Of a stretch of 64,000 bases of DNA, positions 13,201 through 26,896 are shown in pieces; position 1 is the stretch's first letter, and each line of letters starts with the position of its first letter. Below the pieces are notes generated by a model. The model was not told where the DNA came from. It worked only from the letters and a program-made list of their open reading frames with translations, and searched no databases. Source of the DNA: Epiperipatus broadwayi (lineage: Eukaryota; Animalia; Onychophora); NCBI GenBank assembly GCA_028023455.1, contig JAQFVV010000004.1, positions 26,412,001 to 26,476,000 of the forward strand. Direction: 5' to 3'. A program made the translations under genes and the position numbers.

Positions 13201-14589
13201 AGAGGTTATTCTTAGAATTAAATTTTGATCTAACCTTTAAAAAAAAATAAGGAAAATAAGTTATACTATGATGCAAGATCATTCCTAAATAGTGTGGAAT
13301 CATATTTCAATTCACTAATACAAAAGATTGTATTCAGATTACAAATTGATACTTTGTTCTTAATTAAAAATTGAATATACTGTCTTCACTGAATTCGGTA
13401 TAAGACCTTAGCTTTTGAAAAATCAATATAGCAATAATGAGTATTAAATGGTACAGTATATTATTAACAAATATGTAGATTGATACATACTTATATTTTA
13501 TCATTTGTGTGATTTTTATTTAAAATAATTATTTCATAATGATCATATAAATTTAAAAAAACCTATAAATTTCTACTTTATTGCTATAATTATTTTTTTT
13601 GCGCCACCAATGCTCCTATATGATTATAAGCATTGTAGTCGGCATAAGTTTATATTTCTATTTTTATAATAGATTTTTGTTTTTTTTTCGTTATTTATAT
13701 ACATTTTGCAATTTGATATTTTATTATATACACAATTTGAATGTAATTGTAATGTTTTAAGTAAAAATTAAATGTAAAGAGCATCATTTACTAATTAAGT
13801 AAATATGAGCTTAATGTATATTTCTGAATGAACAGCATTTAAAAGTTTATAAATCACAAATCAAAATTTTTAACTCAGTAGAAGAATAAATGCATAAGAA
13901 ATATTTGTCTTGATGCTCTCTTACTTAAACTGCAATAAAATTGAAAATGGTAAATTCAAAATAATAAAAAAAAGGTTTCAACTGCTTTTGAAAATATCGC
14001 TTTCTTGCCTTGTCACTAACAACAGGTACACAAATAAATGTGAAGGGAATTCAAGATTCTCAACATCAAAATCAATAAATCAAACTAAAATGATTATCCA
14101 CAAAAAAAATGTAATGTTTCGTTGTTGTTTTTTTTATTTTAAAAGTATGCCAGAGAGGTGTATTAATCTTAAGTCCTGCAGATATGCCAACACTTTTAAA
14201 GCCTAAAATATTTCGTAAACTATACACATTATGCCAACTATTATTCCCAAAATGCTTGGCAAATGTTTGTTTTTGCCTAAAACCTAAGCTAAAAAAAAAA
14301 CCAATATTTTATTTTAAATTTATTCTAAGCTACTTTTTCTTTCTTGATTTAGAAGCTATAAAAGTAACTTTTAATCAGAGAAAAAGCATTAACCCTGTAT
14401 TTATTAAATATGCAATATAAAACTGACCAAAAATAAATCTAGCTAGTTATGATTAATATATAATAATAATTAAATCATTAAAACAGTATGTAATTATCTT
14501 TTCTTTATGCTTACTCAAGCAGTGGCATTTTTCCCAACAACAGTCCCACCTAGTGCAAACTATAATAATAATGATGATGATGATTCAGC

Positions 14590-16042
14590 AAACTTTAATG
14601 TCTAATTCCCATAACACCTACTGACAAGCCCCCACCAACATCTTGCATCTCTTATTAAATCAGTACAAATTATACACATTTAAATATCTCTACATCCTGT
14701 TAGTAAATACACCTACTGACAAATACACCCTTTGTTATACCCCAACATTCTTTCTGCTCTAAATTCCCCCATGTTAGCTATCAACAATAAACAACTATTA
14801 TGCAAATTCTAAATATGGTCACTTGAATCAAAATTATTTGGATTTTCTAATCCGACTGAAACTACATATCTTACCTACTTTGTATTATCAGATATAGATA
14901 TAGTTATTTGGGAATTATTTTAAGTAATCAGAAAAATTATTTGGATGAATGGGAGAAAAAATTGATAAATGAAGCAAAGAAAAGAAAGGGATTGATAAAG
15001 AAATTAACAGTATTTTCATATAATAAATATGATGTAGCTAGAATTATATGGAAAGGAGTTGCAGTAGCAGGGTTAACATATGGTAATTATGCATTATATG
15101 TTAGTAAAAAGATATTAGATTATTTAGAAAAAGCTCAAAGAGAAGTAGGAAGACATGCATTGGATGCAGAAGTATGGACAGCAAGGGAGGCAATTCAAGG
15201 AGAAATGGGATGGTCAAGTTTTCATATGAGAGATGCAAAAAGTAAAATGAAAATGTTTGGTAGATTGCAGTTTATGGATAATAAAAGAATAGCTAAAATA
15301 GTATTTAATTGGGTTATGAGTAAAGGGCAGGTAACAAGATGGGTGAGAAAGGTAATGCGGTATGCAAAAGATTTGGATAAAGAATTTATATCAGTATATT
15401 TGTACAAAAGACGGGATGATTGTGTTAAGAGGATTAATGAGTGTTATAGTAGTAAGGAATGGGATAAAAGAATAAATTTATTAATAAAGACTAGGGAGTT
15501 AGAGAGATGGAGAAATAGTATGGAGAGTAAAAAGAGTTTAAATATATATAAAAATAAACAGAATATTAGGTGTGAGTTAATATATGATAATAGTAAGGAA
15601 AGTAGTTTATTGTTTAAGGCTCGAACGGGATCTTTAGCTACAAAAGAATACATGTAAATGGAAAAATATGGGTGATTTATTTTGTAAATTATGTAAGGAA
15701 GGAATTGAAAATATTAGGCATTTGTTAATTGAATGTAAATGTTTGAAAACAGAAAGGGTACATATAATGAAGTTGTGGAAAAATAAATATGAAAAGAGTG
15801 ATTATACAGAAAGTGAATTATTGGTTTTTATGCTGGGTTTGGGAAAAGATAAGGGGGATTTAGATATAAAGATTATAGAGTTGACAAAAATTATGTTGTG
15901 GAAATGGGATAGAGCAGATTATGGGTAAATTTTGAGTGGGGAATGTAAAAGAAAGTGGCTAACAGGTTTATATGGGCATAATTGCTGAGATATTCTTGAC
16001 TTCGTTTAAGGAGAAGCCATAATACATCACATCACATCACAT
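14590..16042 (+). mobile_element. 5'-truncated non-LTR retrotransposon (LINE), probably with an inverted 5' fragment
   Basis: RT thumb/C-terminal ORF, CCHC knuckle and an (ACATC)n tail at 16024-16042. Segment 14590-14888 has the opposite purine skew and encodes an SSDH motif on the minus strand. Confidence 0.7.
14908..15928 (+). pseudogene. LINE ORF2 C-terminal half (RT domain 7/thumb plus zinc knuckle), one break near 15657-15668
   Basis: YSYLGII (RT domain 7), WKGVAVAGLTYG, LEKAQREVGRHAL, EAIQGEMGWSSF, then CKLCKEGIENIRHLLIEC (CCHC). Clade not assigned. Confidence 0.85.
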
Positions 16043-17229
16043 TTGTGAAATGAACAACCATGCAGCTAAAAAAACACTGCTACATATTTTCTATTCATGT
16101 TAAGCCTTGAACAAAATTCATAATCTCATTTTCAGCAAATAACAAGTTCAAATCAAAAGCCTACCACATCTATAGCCCAGGCTAATACATTTATACTATT
16201 TGCATTTTAGTGTAGTCAATGTACATTTAATCTAGTAAATAATATCATGTGACATCTTTCAACATTTATAAACAAATTTAAGCAACTTAAGGATGGAAAT
16301 TCCATATTTGCTCCTCCAGACATACATGCGGTAAATCGGTCTCTTCTCAAGCAACCAGTGAGTCTCTAATTCAAAACAGTACAAACAATTGATCAATAGT
16401 TATTGTTGTCAGTTTTTTATATATTGAACTAAGATAGAACTTAAGTTTTTTGCAGATGCATTAATAATTTAAAAACTTTGATACTAAAATATAAATTACA
16501 AATGATTGATGTAATTTTAAATATTAAACAATAATAATATTATTTAAATATTAAACAATAATAATATTATTGTCATCATAATTATCAGGATCATCATTAT
16601 TACTTACTGTTATTGTTATTAATAATAATAATGATGATGATAGTAATATTATTGTCAGCATCATTATTATTACTTAGTTATTATTAATAATAATGATAAT
16701 GATGATATTAGTAGTACTACTAATAGTGATAGTAATATATCCAAAGTATTCATATAAAAAATACTCATACAGAGTTTAAATATAAAATTTAATAATATTT
16801 ACATTATTGAGTGATACTTTCATATCATAATCACAATCAAGTTGCTGAGAATATTATTAATGAGCGTATTTCAATTTGTGGGAATTCTGAATCTGACATT
16901 GAATTTGTCCAAGAATATTTGTACTATTTAATTAGCTGTATGTAATAAATATGGTAGAGCAATCCAGCTTTCATTTTATTTCTACATCTTAGTATCTTTG
17001 TTATAATGTTCTGGCAGTTTTTCATCCACAGCAATTTTTAACTTATTTTAAAGTAGCTTATGATTTTAGACATGGAACTTGATGGCAAAATACCTTGTGC
17101 TGGACTGTTTGATTAGATGGATTGTAGCATCCCATAAATTGTGTAGTAATAACTTTGAATTCAAGGTTAAGCTAAACAAAAGCATTAAACCAACTGCCAT
17201 ACCACAGAGATTACTGACCAAGAGGACAT

Positions 17230-18760
17230 GCTTCATCTTAATATCAGAGGCATAAAGACAATGCTAATTCTGTGATCAGCATTGTCTCATAAGCATAATT
17301 TTTACTACTGCTTGGATCAAGTAGTTGACCACACATAACAATGAATCCATAATAAAAATCAAACTAACATTGATAAAAATTCACATGTGCAAATAAATAA
17401 TTATTATCAACATGTATAGCTCATAGAAATTTCCCCACAAGTGAAGAATTGCATATAATAAACCTCTCCATAGACCATAATATTGTGACCAGCAGCCAAA
17501 TTAAAATCATAGTTTTTGCCAGAAAGACATTTCAACAGATAAATACTGCATAGAGACTAAAGCAATTAGAACATCAAAAATCTCAGCCAGCTGCTTCAAA
17601 CAATAAAGCATTACACAGCCATCAAGATATCCTCTTTATAATAAACAAGACATCCAACAAAATTATAGACATTTTGACATTGTGCCTTTCACCTATTAAA
17701 AGGTGTCCCTCAGACGGGCCTATTAAAAGAAAGCTTGGTAGATTACAAAAAAATCCAAGAAACTGAAAAGAAAATACTCACCCACAATGCTAGCCCTACC
17801 AGAAATTCACAAGATGATTCAATACTCATAGATAAGTCTTTAATCCTGATTAAAATTATATATGCTCATTCACCAACATCCTGCATAATGAACTATGTTT
17901 AAACTTATCTAGAAATAATACTATACAATCAGACAGATCTTCTGTACACTGGAATTAATATTACTAATATGAATTCAAATTAGCAGCCTTACAAATGCCA
18001 CTAAGACCTAAGACTTAAATCCTAGATAACCACTAATATCTTATCAAATTAATAACTCTAGCCTTAACCTCCAATAATAATCATTTCCTTCATACATAAT
18101 CTGACATGAAGCCAAAAATAGAAGTCTTCCATGTAAGAGGATTTGAGCTGTCACAAGAAACCATCAACTTAAAAGTGAATTCAAATTACACAGACACACA
18201 TACTTGGTCTTCAAGAGACATTCACCCTATGTTATACTTGAGAATGCAAGAGTTTTATGCCTGTTTAAGACAATCATTATTGCCATCAGGTGGCACCACA
18301 TTAACCATAACTTGAAAGTGCCTTTTTTCATTTCACATAATATACATAGATGCAAATTTGCTTATTGCCACATCTCACTATTATTATTTTTACTACAATA
18401 TTTATCTACATACTGCCTATTCCTACAGTAATGACAAGTATTACACTCAATATCAACTCATTGCTTTCATCATTTTCCCCAGTCATCTTATTAGGGGATT
18501 TTAACATGATCTATCAAGCCTGTCACAAAATGGATACATAAAATTGCATGGCCTTTTATGAATGCTGAAAGGTTCCTTTTATACAACTTGATTTTATTCT
18601 ATAGCAATCATAAACCTCCATCATAGAATTATGCTTTAAAAATTATATGCTTCATCATCAAATTAACCTAACATTTCACCCTTCACCATTCTCTGATCAC
18701 TCTTCTCAAATGCTTATACTTGATCTTGATCTCAATGATATGCATACATCATCAATTCAC
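17230..18760 (+). pseudogene. Very decayed LINE 5' region (ORF1-like plus apurinic endonuclease)
   Basis: PVILLGDFNM (ORF 18350-18541) and a downstream PFSDH are APE motifs. IKGVP occurs near 17700. Confidence 0.4.
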
Positions 18761-20551
18761 TTACACAGGCAATGAGTATCCTCTTTCCTGTCCAAATCAC
18801 TAAATTTTCTGTACTTGGAAATGTACACCATGCTTTTTAAAAAGACATTCTAATTGATCTAGTGCAGCATTGTATCTCATTTATAAGCATATACCTTTGT
18901 TAATAAATTTTGAATTAATTTAAAATAAGTAAACTTGCTTGGTTGTCATTCAATTTTACAATGCAAATTTATTTTTAATCATATTTAAATGAGTCAATAT
19001 TCACTAATTGATTATACCATCTAATTCATTTGAATCAGTTACAAAATAATTTGAGTAAAGATAATTGCAATTTAATGCCTGCATATTTTATTTTAAATCA
19101 TTATTGATTAAAGTAAATATTATATCAAGTCAATTTACAACTATAAAGATTGTAATCTTATTCAGTTATAGAACTGATAACAGTAATATATTTAATTCTG
19201 TTACAAATTAGTGTGATTTGCTTTAGTTATATTTAAAGTTTGTTGATTGCAAATCATAAATTCAGTTTAAATATTAAATCTTAATATTAATATTTGACTA
19301 TACCAAGCTTCATTAAACTGAAAAGTAATTGGATATGATTTTTCAATTGAGCTAGAATAAGCATGAAATAGGAATCTATCATTTATTTTAAATATTGTTA
19401 TAATTGGATACTGAAAATCTTAAGTTTATTTAATAGAATGATTTTATTTCATAATATCTTAAGTTGGTGAGCATAGAAAGATATGCTAGATTAATTGATT
19501 TTGTACTATTATTAAGTATTTAATCTTATTATAATTGACTTGGTTAATAAGTGTATATTTATATTAGTGGAATAGCAAGATTGAGATAGCAATACTTTTA
19601 TTTTATTTAGTTGTAATTGGAAATCAATTTTTGAGTTATCTGTTTAGTTAGATATCATTGATATTTTATATTTCTAAGGTATATTAAAATTATTACCTCA
19701 TCCATCCAAGAATTATTTCATTTAAATATAAATAATATAAGTTTATATTATTATAAAGTGTTTGGAGTCATAAGGAATATTAAAGTTTATCTAATTCTTT
19801 GTCATTAGTTTTTTCTATTATAAATGGTTTATCTGATACTCGTTATTTATAAGATATATCTAGTTTTTATTGCTTTATTTTTAACTTATTACAAATAATG
19901 CTCATAATTTATAGTAGCTTGAAATAATTATTTTGCTTGTTTTCCATTTGTTCTAATTGTTACCTGAATCTATGAGTTTATAATAAAAATATTGTTCTTT
20001 TATTGACTTTAATGTTAGAATGTTATTCATTGATTAATATTAACTTTAGCTTAGGTTATTTTCATTCTGTTACAAATAACACTACAGTTCATGGACATTA
20101 CTCAATTAGGAGTGTTCTTCCTTGATTCATATTTTTATTATGTTAAATCATGATCAATAATTAGACTATGACTCAGGATACAGTATGACCCATAATTTGA
20201 TTGTTATAAATGACATTTTACTGCAGAGTATCTTTTTTATTTAGTTGAAAATGGTGATAAAAAAAGAGGCTATATTTTCATTCAGATTATATTAAAGTTT
20301 TCATTTCCCATGTTTATTATAGTTATTCAGTTTTAAATAACTCTTAAACCATCAAACATCACATTGTCAACATCCATTCCTGCATCCACTGATTGCTCTG
20401 GCTTGCACTGAGTGGCACTACTATATGGAGAGTGTTACCTCTGTACAAATAGCTCTCCCACATCTGAGGGCATTAAAAGAACATATTCTTATTTTATTAT
20501 AAATGGCACTGCAATTAGTGGTGTGTTTGTAACTAGGACAATTATTTCATG

Positions 20552-20624
20552 GCTTGTGTTTAGATTTGTAGAGGTCCCTACTGTTGCATTTTAGGCACAC
20601 AGTCTTAAGATTATAGCCTTAATA
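20552..20624. repeat. Fragment of the palindromic MITE family (right arm)
   Basis: gcttgtg...ttgtagaggtccctactgttgcatttt...atagcctta matches 31060-31135. Confidence 0.6.
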
Positions 20625-21373
20625 TAGATTTATTTATAAGAGCTTAGGCAAATATAATATTTTCTTACTGGTTTATTAGTTTACTCCACCGCATTTTCTA
20701 AATAAATAACAACTTTATGCAATCATACTATTGATATTTAATTCATACAGATTTTATTCATTTATTAACTTGTATATATTATTATTTATTTATTATGTTT
20801 CTTAAATCAATGAATTTTATATTTTATTAATTAAAATTGAATTTCATCATTATTCCTAGTTTATTGATCACATTATACTTTTATAAAAACAAAGATTCTC
20901 TACACATTTTATTTTCATATTAAATATTCAGCTAAGCAAAATATTAAATAAACATTTTCATATTTTAATAATTTATGGTATTATTTTAGTATTTCATCAT
21001 TTACGTTTTATTTAGTACAATGAATAAATAATTATTAAAAGTTAAGGTAATGTCTAATAAAAGACTAATTGGTTAATGCATGCATTTATCTTTTTTAAAA
21101 CTGAAGTAAATTGGTGTATAATGTTATTTGCACTTTTATAATTAATATTTATTTAATCATTACTTTATAGATACTTTATCCCAGTGCAATATGACATTTA
21201 ATTGGGCTGTAAGAAAATTTTATTGCATTCTAGAAAACAAATCATAATTGAAACATGGCTAATATTTAAGATTTAGTTTAAATGCATAAAATGATTATTA
21301 CTTATTAAAAAATGGAGATATTTAAAAAAAACTTTTTTTTATATGGTATAAAAGATTGTGCATTTAACCCTTT

Positions 21374-22147
21374 TGTGACTATGCATGTTAATGAACAATC
21401 TGTCAGGGATAGGTTATAAATATACAATGAATTATGTTAAAATGCAATTATTAAAATTATAGCTGTGTTATTTATCATAACTACCTTAAAAAATTGATGT
21501 TTATCTTAATAATTTTTTTTTATTAATTTAGATATTATTTGATTTACCTATTGCACAGATTATTCTATTTCACAAATTATTCTCTTAAAAAAATTATTTT
21601 GTTACACATTTTATTACTAAAATATTTAAATCATACATCTCATACTACACCCCATTAAGCAAATAAACTATTTATTTATTGAATTTTATTTTCTTTGCCA
21701 AGCAAAAATACTTATCTTTAGACTCATTGGTGACTTATCAATTTATGAGTCTATTATAATGTAGACATAAATTATTATAAATCCACTGTGTATCAGTTTA
21801 TTCAGTCATCTGTTTACAAGATATATCTCTGGGCTTCCCAAGTGCATTTATTTTTTCATATTTGGGAGAAACTGCTTTGCTCATAGGTTTATACATTATG
21901 AATTTGGTTACCCAAATCTGTGGGGGATTTGTGGATCTGGCAGCCAGCTACATCTGATTTTCTCAGCATTATTTTCCATTATACTATATATTTTTATATC
22001 ATTATAAAAAATTAGTATCTGAAAGTGATTATTTATTCATAAATAGATAATCATTTTGATATCATTATACCATTATAGATTTTTTTGTCCCCAGCATTAT
22101 GTCTTATTTGATCAGTTAATCATTCACTTATTTATTATATCTTTACA
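21374..22147 (+). repeat. Diverged solo-LTR-like copy related to the 2034/6840 LTRs
   Basis: Shares ordered blocks tttgattt(a/t)cctattgca, ttctttgccaagcaa, aatttatgagtc(t/c)att, cc(c/t)aagt(g/a)ca and ggtt(a/g)cccaaatct with the LTRs. Termini are approximate and no TSD was seen. Confidence 0.5.
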
Positions 22148-23614
22148 ATATATATACATATTGTATTGTTCATAAGTACAAAATGTACTTGCAATTAGGG
22201 AGTGAAATTGAAAAAGAAAAGAAGCTCATTTCAAATTAAAATAAAATAAAGGGGGGGGGATATATATAGCCTTGGTCATTTATTATTATTTCTATATCCT
22301 CCCACCTTCAGAGGGGTAAAATGTATAAAGAAAAGCAAAAGATTAAAATTGGTTTAATCACAGATAAATGACTAATATGTTTTATGACAATGAGATTAAA
22401 ATTTTAAAAAATTTAAAATGTTTTATCCTAAACAAAAAAAAAAATAAATGACTAAAATATCTTGTCAAAAGCAAAGGATTAACATCAGTTGTAATCTTTT
22501 GAGAAATAAAAATATATAAATCTCAATGTAAAGTATGCATTTTGAGCAGTCAAAGTATTTTTTTAGAGTCTAAAATGTATGCTATAGAAAAAAAAAACCT
22601 CTTTGATTATGTAAAATTTTAGATAGAAATGTATGTATATTCTTCAAAAAAATGTAAGACAAAAAGAAAAACAAAATTATAGTTTATCTGAAACAATATA
22701 TTCACATGGAAAAAAATATAATCTGCAACGTGTGAAAAACATCAATGCATGGGGTTGTTGCAGCAGATTTATGTAGCAGTGCCAGTGAAATAACAATCAG
22801 TATTATAATTATTATTCTTTACTTAAAAAACAATCAGTGTGAGGACCAGAAATTCATGGGAGAAGTTAACCAGGGGAACCTTAGAAACCCTGGAGAGCCA
22901 ATGAGATGGAAATATACCTAAGCTGGAGACTGGTCTTAAAGCCTGATACATGCTGACATTAGCAATATAGAAACATTTTTTGAATTAGCAAAATATTTAT
23001 ACATGGAAGATTAAAAAACTCAAATATGTCTGTTACTTGATCTGACTACATATTGCAGAAATGAAGCTCTGATCCAATAACAAAATGACCTATTCCTAGT
23101 TTGTTGTTAAGAAATATCAATAACTGAAATCTGGCATATAAAATTGACTTGGAGTAATAAGATAATGAAACATGAAAGTCTTATGACAAAGAATGGTAAA
23201 GCAGTGGTGATAAAATAAAATAAAATATTCAGTAAGATTTTATAAATAATTACTGAATTATAAAGGCTTTTTTTAAAAAAAAACATCGTATATAATATTA
23301 GATATCAATTTATGTTTTTTTTATTTTTTATTTTAGTGCAATGTGTGTCTTATTGTTATTATATTGCATAAAAGATATTTGTTTTAAATAATTAATGAAA
23401 TGATGTTAAGACTATTAAGTGGGGTATTATTGTCAAATCAAAGAAATAATCTCTGTAAATAGTCAAAATAAGAGTCATAGATCACATGATCCTATTCTCT
23501 TAAGCTTGTAAGTTATAAACAATGAGGATTGCCAATTCCTCAACAAGCTTTATGATAAATGCTTAGCTAGAGAAAGCATTTAAAATATCTCTGTCAGGAC
23601 CCCCCCCCCCCAAA

Positions 23615-23657
23615 CCTCTGACCATGGTTTCATGCTCTGGCACTTCTCACAGAGATG
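23615..23657 (-). ncRNA. Type I hammerhead ribozyme motif, copy 1 (GAAA intact, CUGANGA disrupted)
   Basis: Minus strand reads catct-ctgtgagaa-gtgc-caga-gcat-gaaa-c-catg-gtc-agagg. Confidence 0.65.
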
Positions 23658-24173
23658 TTAGGGTGGGTTCAGACACTAGATCTAAAAATACCAACCCAAA
23701 GCCAGCATTTAACTAAAAGTTATCTATTGAGTGGAAAATCTGAAATTTTCAGACACCTACATGTCTTCAAAACCAGCTATTCAACTCAAATAGCTATATG
23801 GGGCTGAAAGATCTTCAGCCATGTCATATATTAGTAACATTGCATAAGACTTAAGGCAGAGACTATAAATAGTCATGTGATCTATGACTCTTATTTTGAC
23901 TATTTATAGTCTCTGCCTTAAGTCTTATGCAATGTTATATTGCTAAGATCACATGACTATTTATAATCTCTGCCTTAAGTCTTATGCAATGTTATTAATA
24001 TATGGTATGGCTGAAGATCTCTCAGCCCCATATAGCTATTTGAGTTGGATAGCTGGGTTTGAAGACATGTAGGTGTCTGAAAATTTCAGATTTTCCACTC
24101 AATAGATAACTTTTAGTTAAATGCTGGCTTTGGGTTGGTGTTTTTAGATCTAGTGTCTGAACCTATCCTAGCA

Positions 24174-24214
24174 CCTCTCTGAAGAGTGCCAGAGCACAAA
24201 ACCATGGTCAGAGG
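24174..24214 (+). ncRNA. Type I hammerhead ribozyme motif, copy 2 (all stems perfect, G12>A)
   Basis: cctct-CTGAAGA-gtgc-caga-gcac-aAAA-c-catg-GTC-agagg: stem I CCTCT/AGAGG, stem II GTGC/GCAC, palindromic stem III ACCATGGT, GUC cleavage triplet. Confidence 0.8.
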
Positions 24215-24593
24215 TTTGGGAAAGTTCTGACAGAGATATTTTAAATGTTTTCTCTAGCTAAGCATTTATCACAAAGCTTGCTGAGGAATTGGCAATCCTC
24301 ATTGTTTATAACTTATAAGCTTAAAAGAATAGGGTCATGTGATCTATGACTCTTATTTTGACTATTTTATAGTCTCTGCCTTAAGTCTTATGCAAGGTTA
24401 TATTGCTAAGACTACTAATATATGGTATGGCTGAAGATCTCTCAGCCCCATATAGCTATGTGAGTTGGATAGCTGAGTTTGAATACATGTAGGTGTCAGA
24501 AAATTTCAGATTTTCCACTCAATAGATAACTTTTAGTTAAATGCTGGCTTTGGGTTGGTGCTTTTATATCTAGTGTCTGAACCTATCCTAGCA

Positions 24594-24634
24594 CATCTCT
24601 GAGGAGTGCCAGAGCATAAAAACATGGTCAGAGG
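24594..24634 (+). ncRNA. Type I hammerhead ribozyme motif, copy 3 (CUGAGGA intact, G12>A)
   Basis: catct-CTGAGGA-gtgc-caga-gcat-aAAA-a-catg-GTC-agagg, exactly 420 bp downstream of copy 2. Confidence 0.7.
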
Positions 24635-26896
24635 ATTGGGGGGGGGGTTTCTGACAGATATTTTAAATGCTTTCTCTAGCTAAGCGTTTATCACAAAGCT
24701 TGTTGAGAAATTGGCAATCCTCATTGTAAATAATCTCTGTCATTCATTTTTTTTTGTTGCAAGCTTTATCTGAACTAGTACTGTAATAGCTGTATAAAAA
24801 CAGGCAATAAGATATTGCATGTGTATATTATTAAAAAAAAAGTATTGATGAGAAGAGAGGAAAGAATAATTTATCATTTATTTCTTTTGTTTAATTAAAG
24901 CAGCATGTTAGCAAACTACTTCCTTAACATTGGTACCTGTAAATAAAAGCTGCTTTAGATATAATAGTGCTGATCTAAACCAAGTTGGAAATAATTTTAA
25001 TATTAAGGTTTATTGTTAAAATGCAGAGTTAAGAATAATGGCTTTCGAATGCTTCATTATATAATCAGATGCTTATTTTAGGTGATATAAAAAGTGTAAT
25101 CCGTTTAATGTCTTATATAATTCAATTAAATAAATATTTTAATAGTAACTATTGATGTTAGGATACCAAGTGAAATAACACAGCAGTTTCAATTCTACTA
25201 AAAAAAAAATTTCTAAATTTTCTTGGAAAATCTAACATTTTCTCATCAGCAAACTATTTGAACAAATAAAAATTTAATAATTGGTTTTATCTGAAGGCAA
25301 TTTGGATTTGCATATTTGAAAAATACATATAAAATTCAAAATAATACTACCAAAAATATTAATAAATATAACATTTGTTTCATATGATTTGATAGAAAAA
25401 ATAATAATTTGATAGTGTAAATTAGATTATTTGACTGATATGTTAAAAAATAAAGAAGAAAACAATTATATGTTCTCTATATTGTAGCCATAATTTTCAA
25501 TCATAGCATTATCAAAATACAATGCACAACATGAAACTTTAGATAAGATGGAGACAACTAATAATAATCATGTAGGTTTTTTACCCGGGTGCCAAATTGC
25601 AACTGTAACATCAAATATAGTTTCCACCCGAGATCATCATCGCTTAATAAATGGGAAGACTGTGGAGGAAGGAAGTTATTAAAACTTTTCCAAAAGAAAA
25701 ATATAATTTTAAAAATATTTTAAAGTTACAATTAAAATGTTGAGTTCGGAGTTTAAACTCAGTAGTTATTACGCAAATAAATTCCTGATACATTATTTAA
25801 TAATATAATCAAATTTCCTCCACAAACCCACATAGCTATATGATCTCCAGTGGCAACTACAATAATGTTATTCTTGATGTTTCCTGTGTAATGAATGGAA
25901 ATGGATCAGTAATCCATGCAGAAAACTCATAAAATTATACTAATAAAAAAAATATTAAAATCTTATAACTTAACGAACACTGAATAAAAAATTTTACTCT
26001 CCCCCTCCTTTACAAAGAAATCAAATAACCCTTCATTTTCCACATTGATCACCCTCTACAGTTACACTTATTTTAATCTTAAATATTAGTGTCTAGGTTC
26101 CCCATCCCATCTTCCAACCTATGTCTCTTTAATGTTATCCAATATACACATACAGAAGTGGAACATACCAATTTTTAACTCAACCACTCTGTATTCTCTA
26201 ACACTCGAATAATGTTAATCTTATTCTTTAAACTCTTAAAATTATGAATGCTCTTGTTCTCATGCTTTTATTTTCAGGGTCATGACTTGTGATGAAGTGC
26301 AACACTCAATTATTATTTTCAATTCATTGTGGACCTTTGGACGCTATCCCAGCAAATACAAATAGAATAAACATATGCTTATTTAAAGTTAATGTCTATT
26401 TTCACTAATGCTAATAATAAGACTTGTAATAATAAAGATTATAATGTTAAATATGATATTTTAACTACTCAATTAATAAAACAATTATTATAATAAATTT
26501 AGAATATAGTTTGATCAAATGAGAAGGCATCCAAATATGTAGAGTGAAGAAGAAATTTTATGTCCACTTGTAATATTAGTTGGAATGCAATGAAATGAAC
26601 CATTAAATATTAATCTTATAATTGAACCATTTTCTCATTTGTTTGTCAAGAATTTATTAAAATTTTAAACATATAGGCCATTAATTCAAATCTCCAAATC
26701 TTAACAAGTGGAAATTTATTATTTTATTTTAGCAGTAAAAATTAATGAAAATATTTTAAGAACAATCTGTACTAAAAATATGAGTTTTTTTGATTAATTC
26801 TTTCATGTTATACTTCAAGTATTAATGATATAATAAATTTATAAATATTATAATTCAGTCAATATTATGAAACTCTAATATTGTGACATTTGATAT

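Larger units (their letters stand above)
23457..24727 (+). mobile_element. Retrozyme / Penelope pLTR-type insertion: one inverted plus two tandem 420-bp units
   Basis: Period of 420 bp (tatggtatggctgaag at 24001 and 24421). 23457-23883 is the reverse complement of ~23946-24365. A 13-bp direct repeat aaataatctctgt flanks it (23444-23456, 24728-24740). Each unit has a hammerhead motif. Confidence 0.85.

Noticed and set aside
1471-14420. Short AT-rich ORFs in the supplied track (e.g. 1471, 3070, 8730, 13910, 14184)
   Set aside because: They have low-complexity I/K/F/N/Y-rich composition expected by chance or are antisense to repeats, and show no recognisable domains.
16900-17200. IAVDEKLP-like stretch suggesting a DNA transposase
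   Set aside because: It is a single weak motif with no termini or supporting frame.
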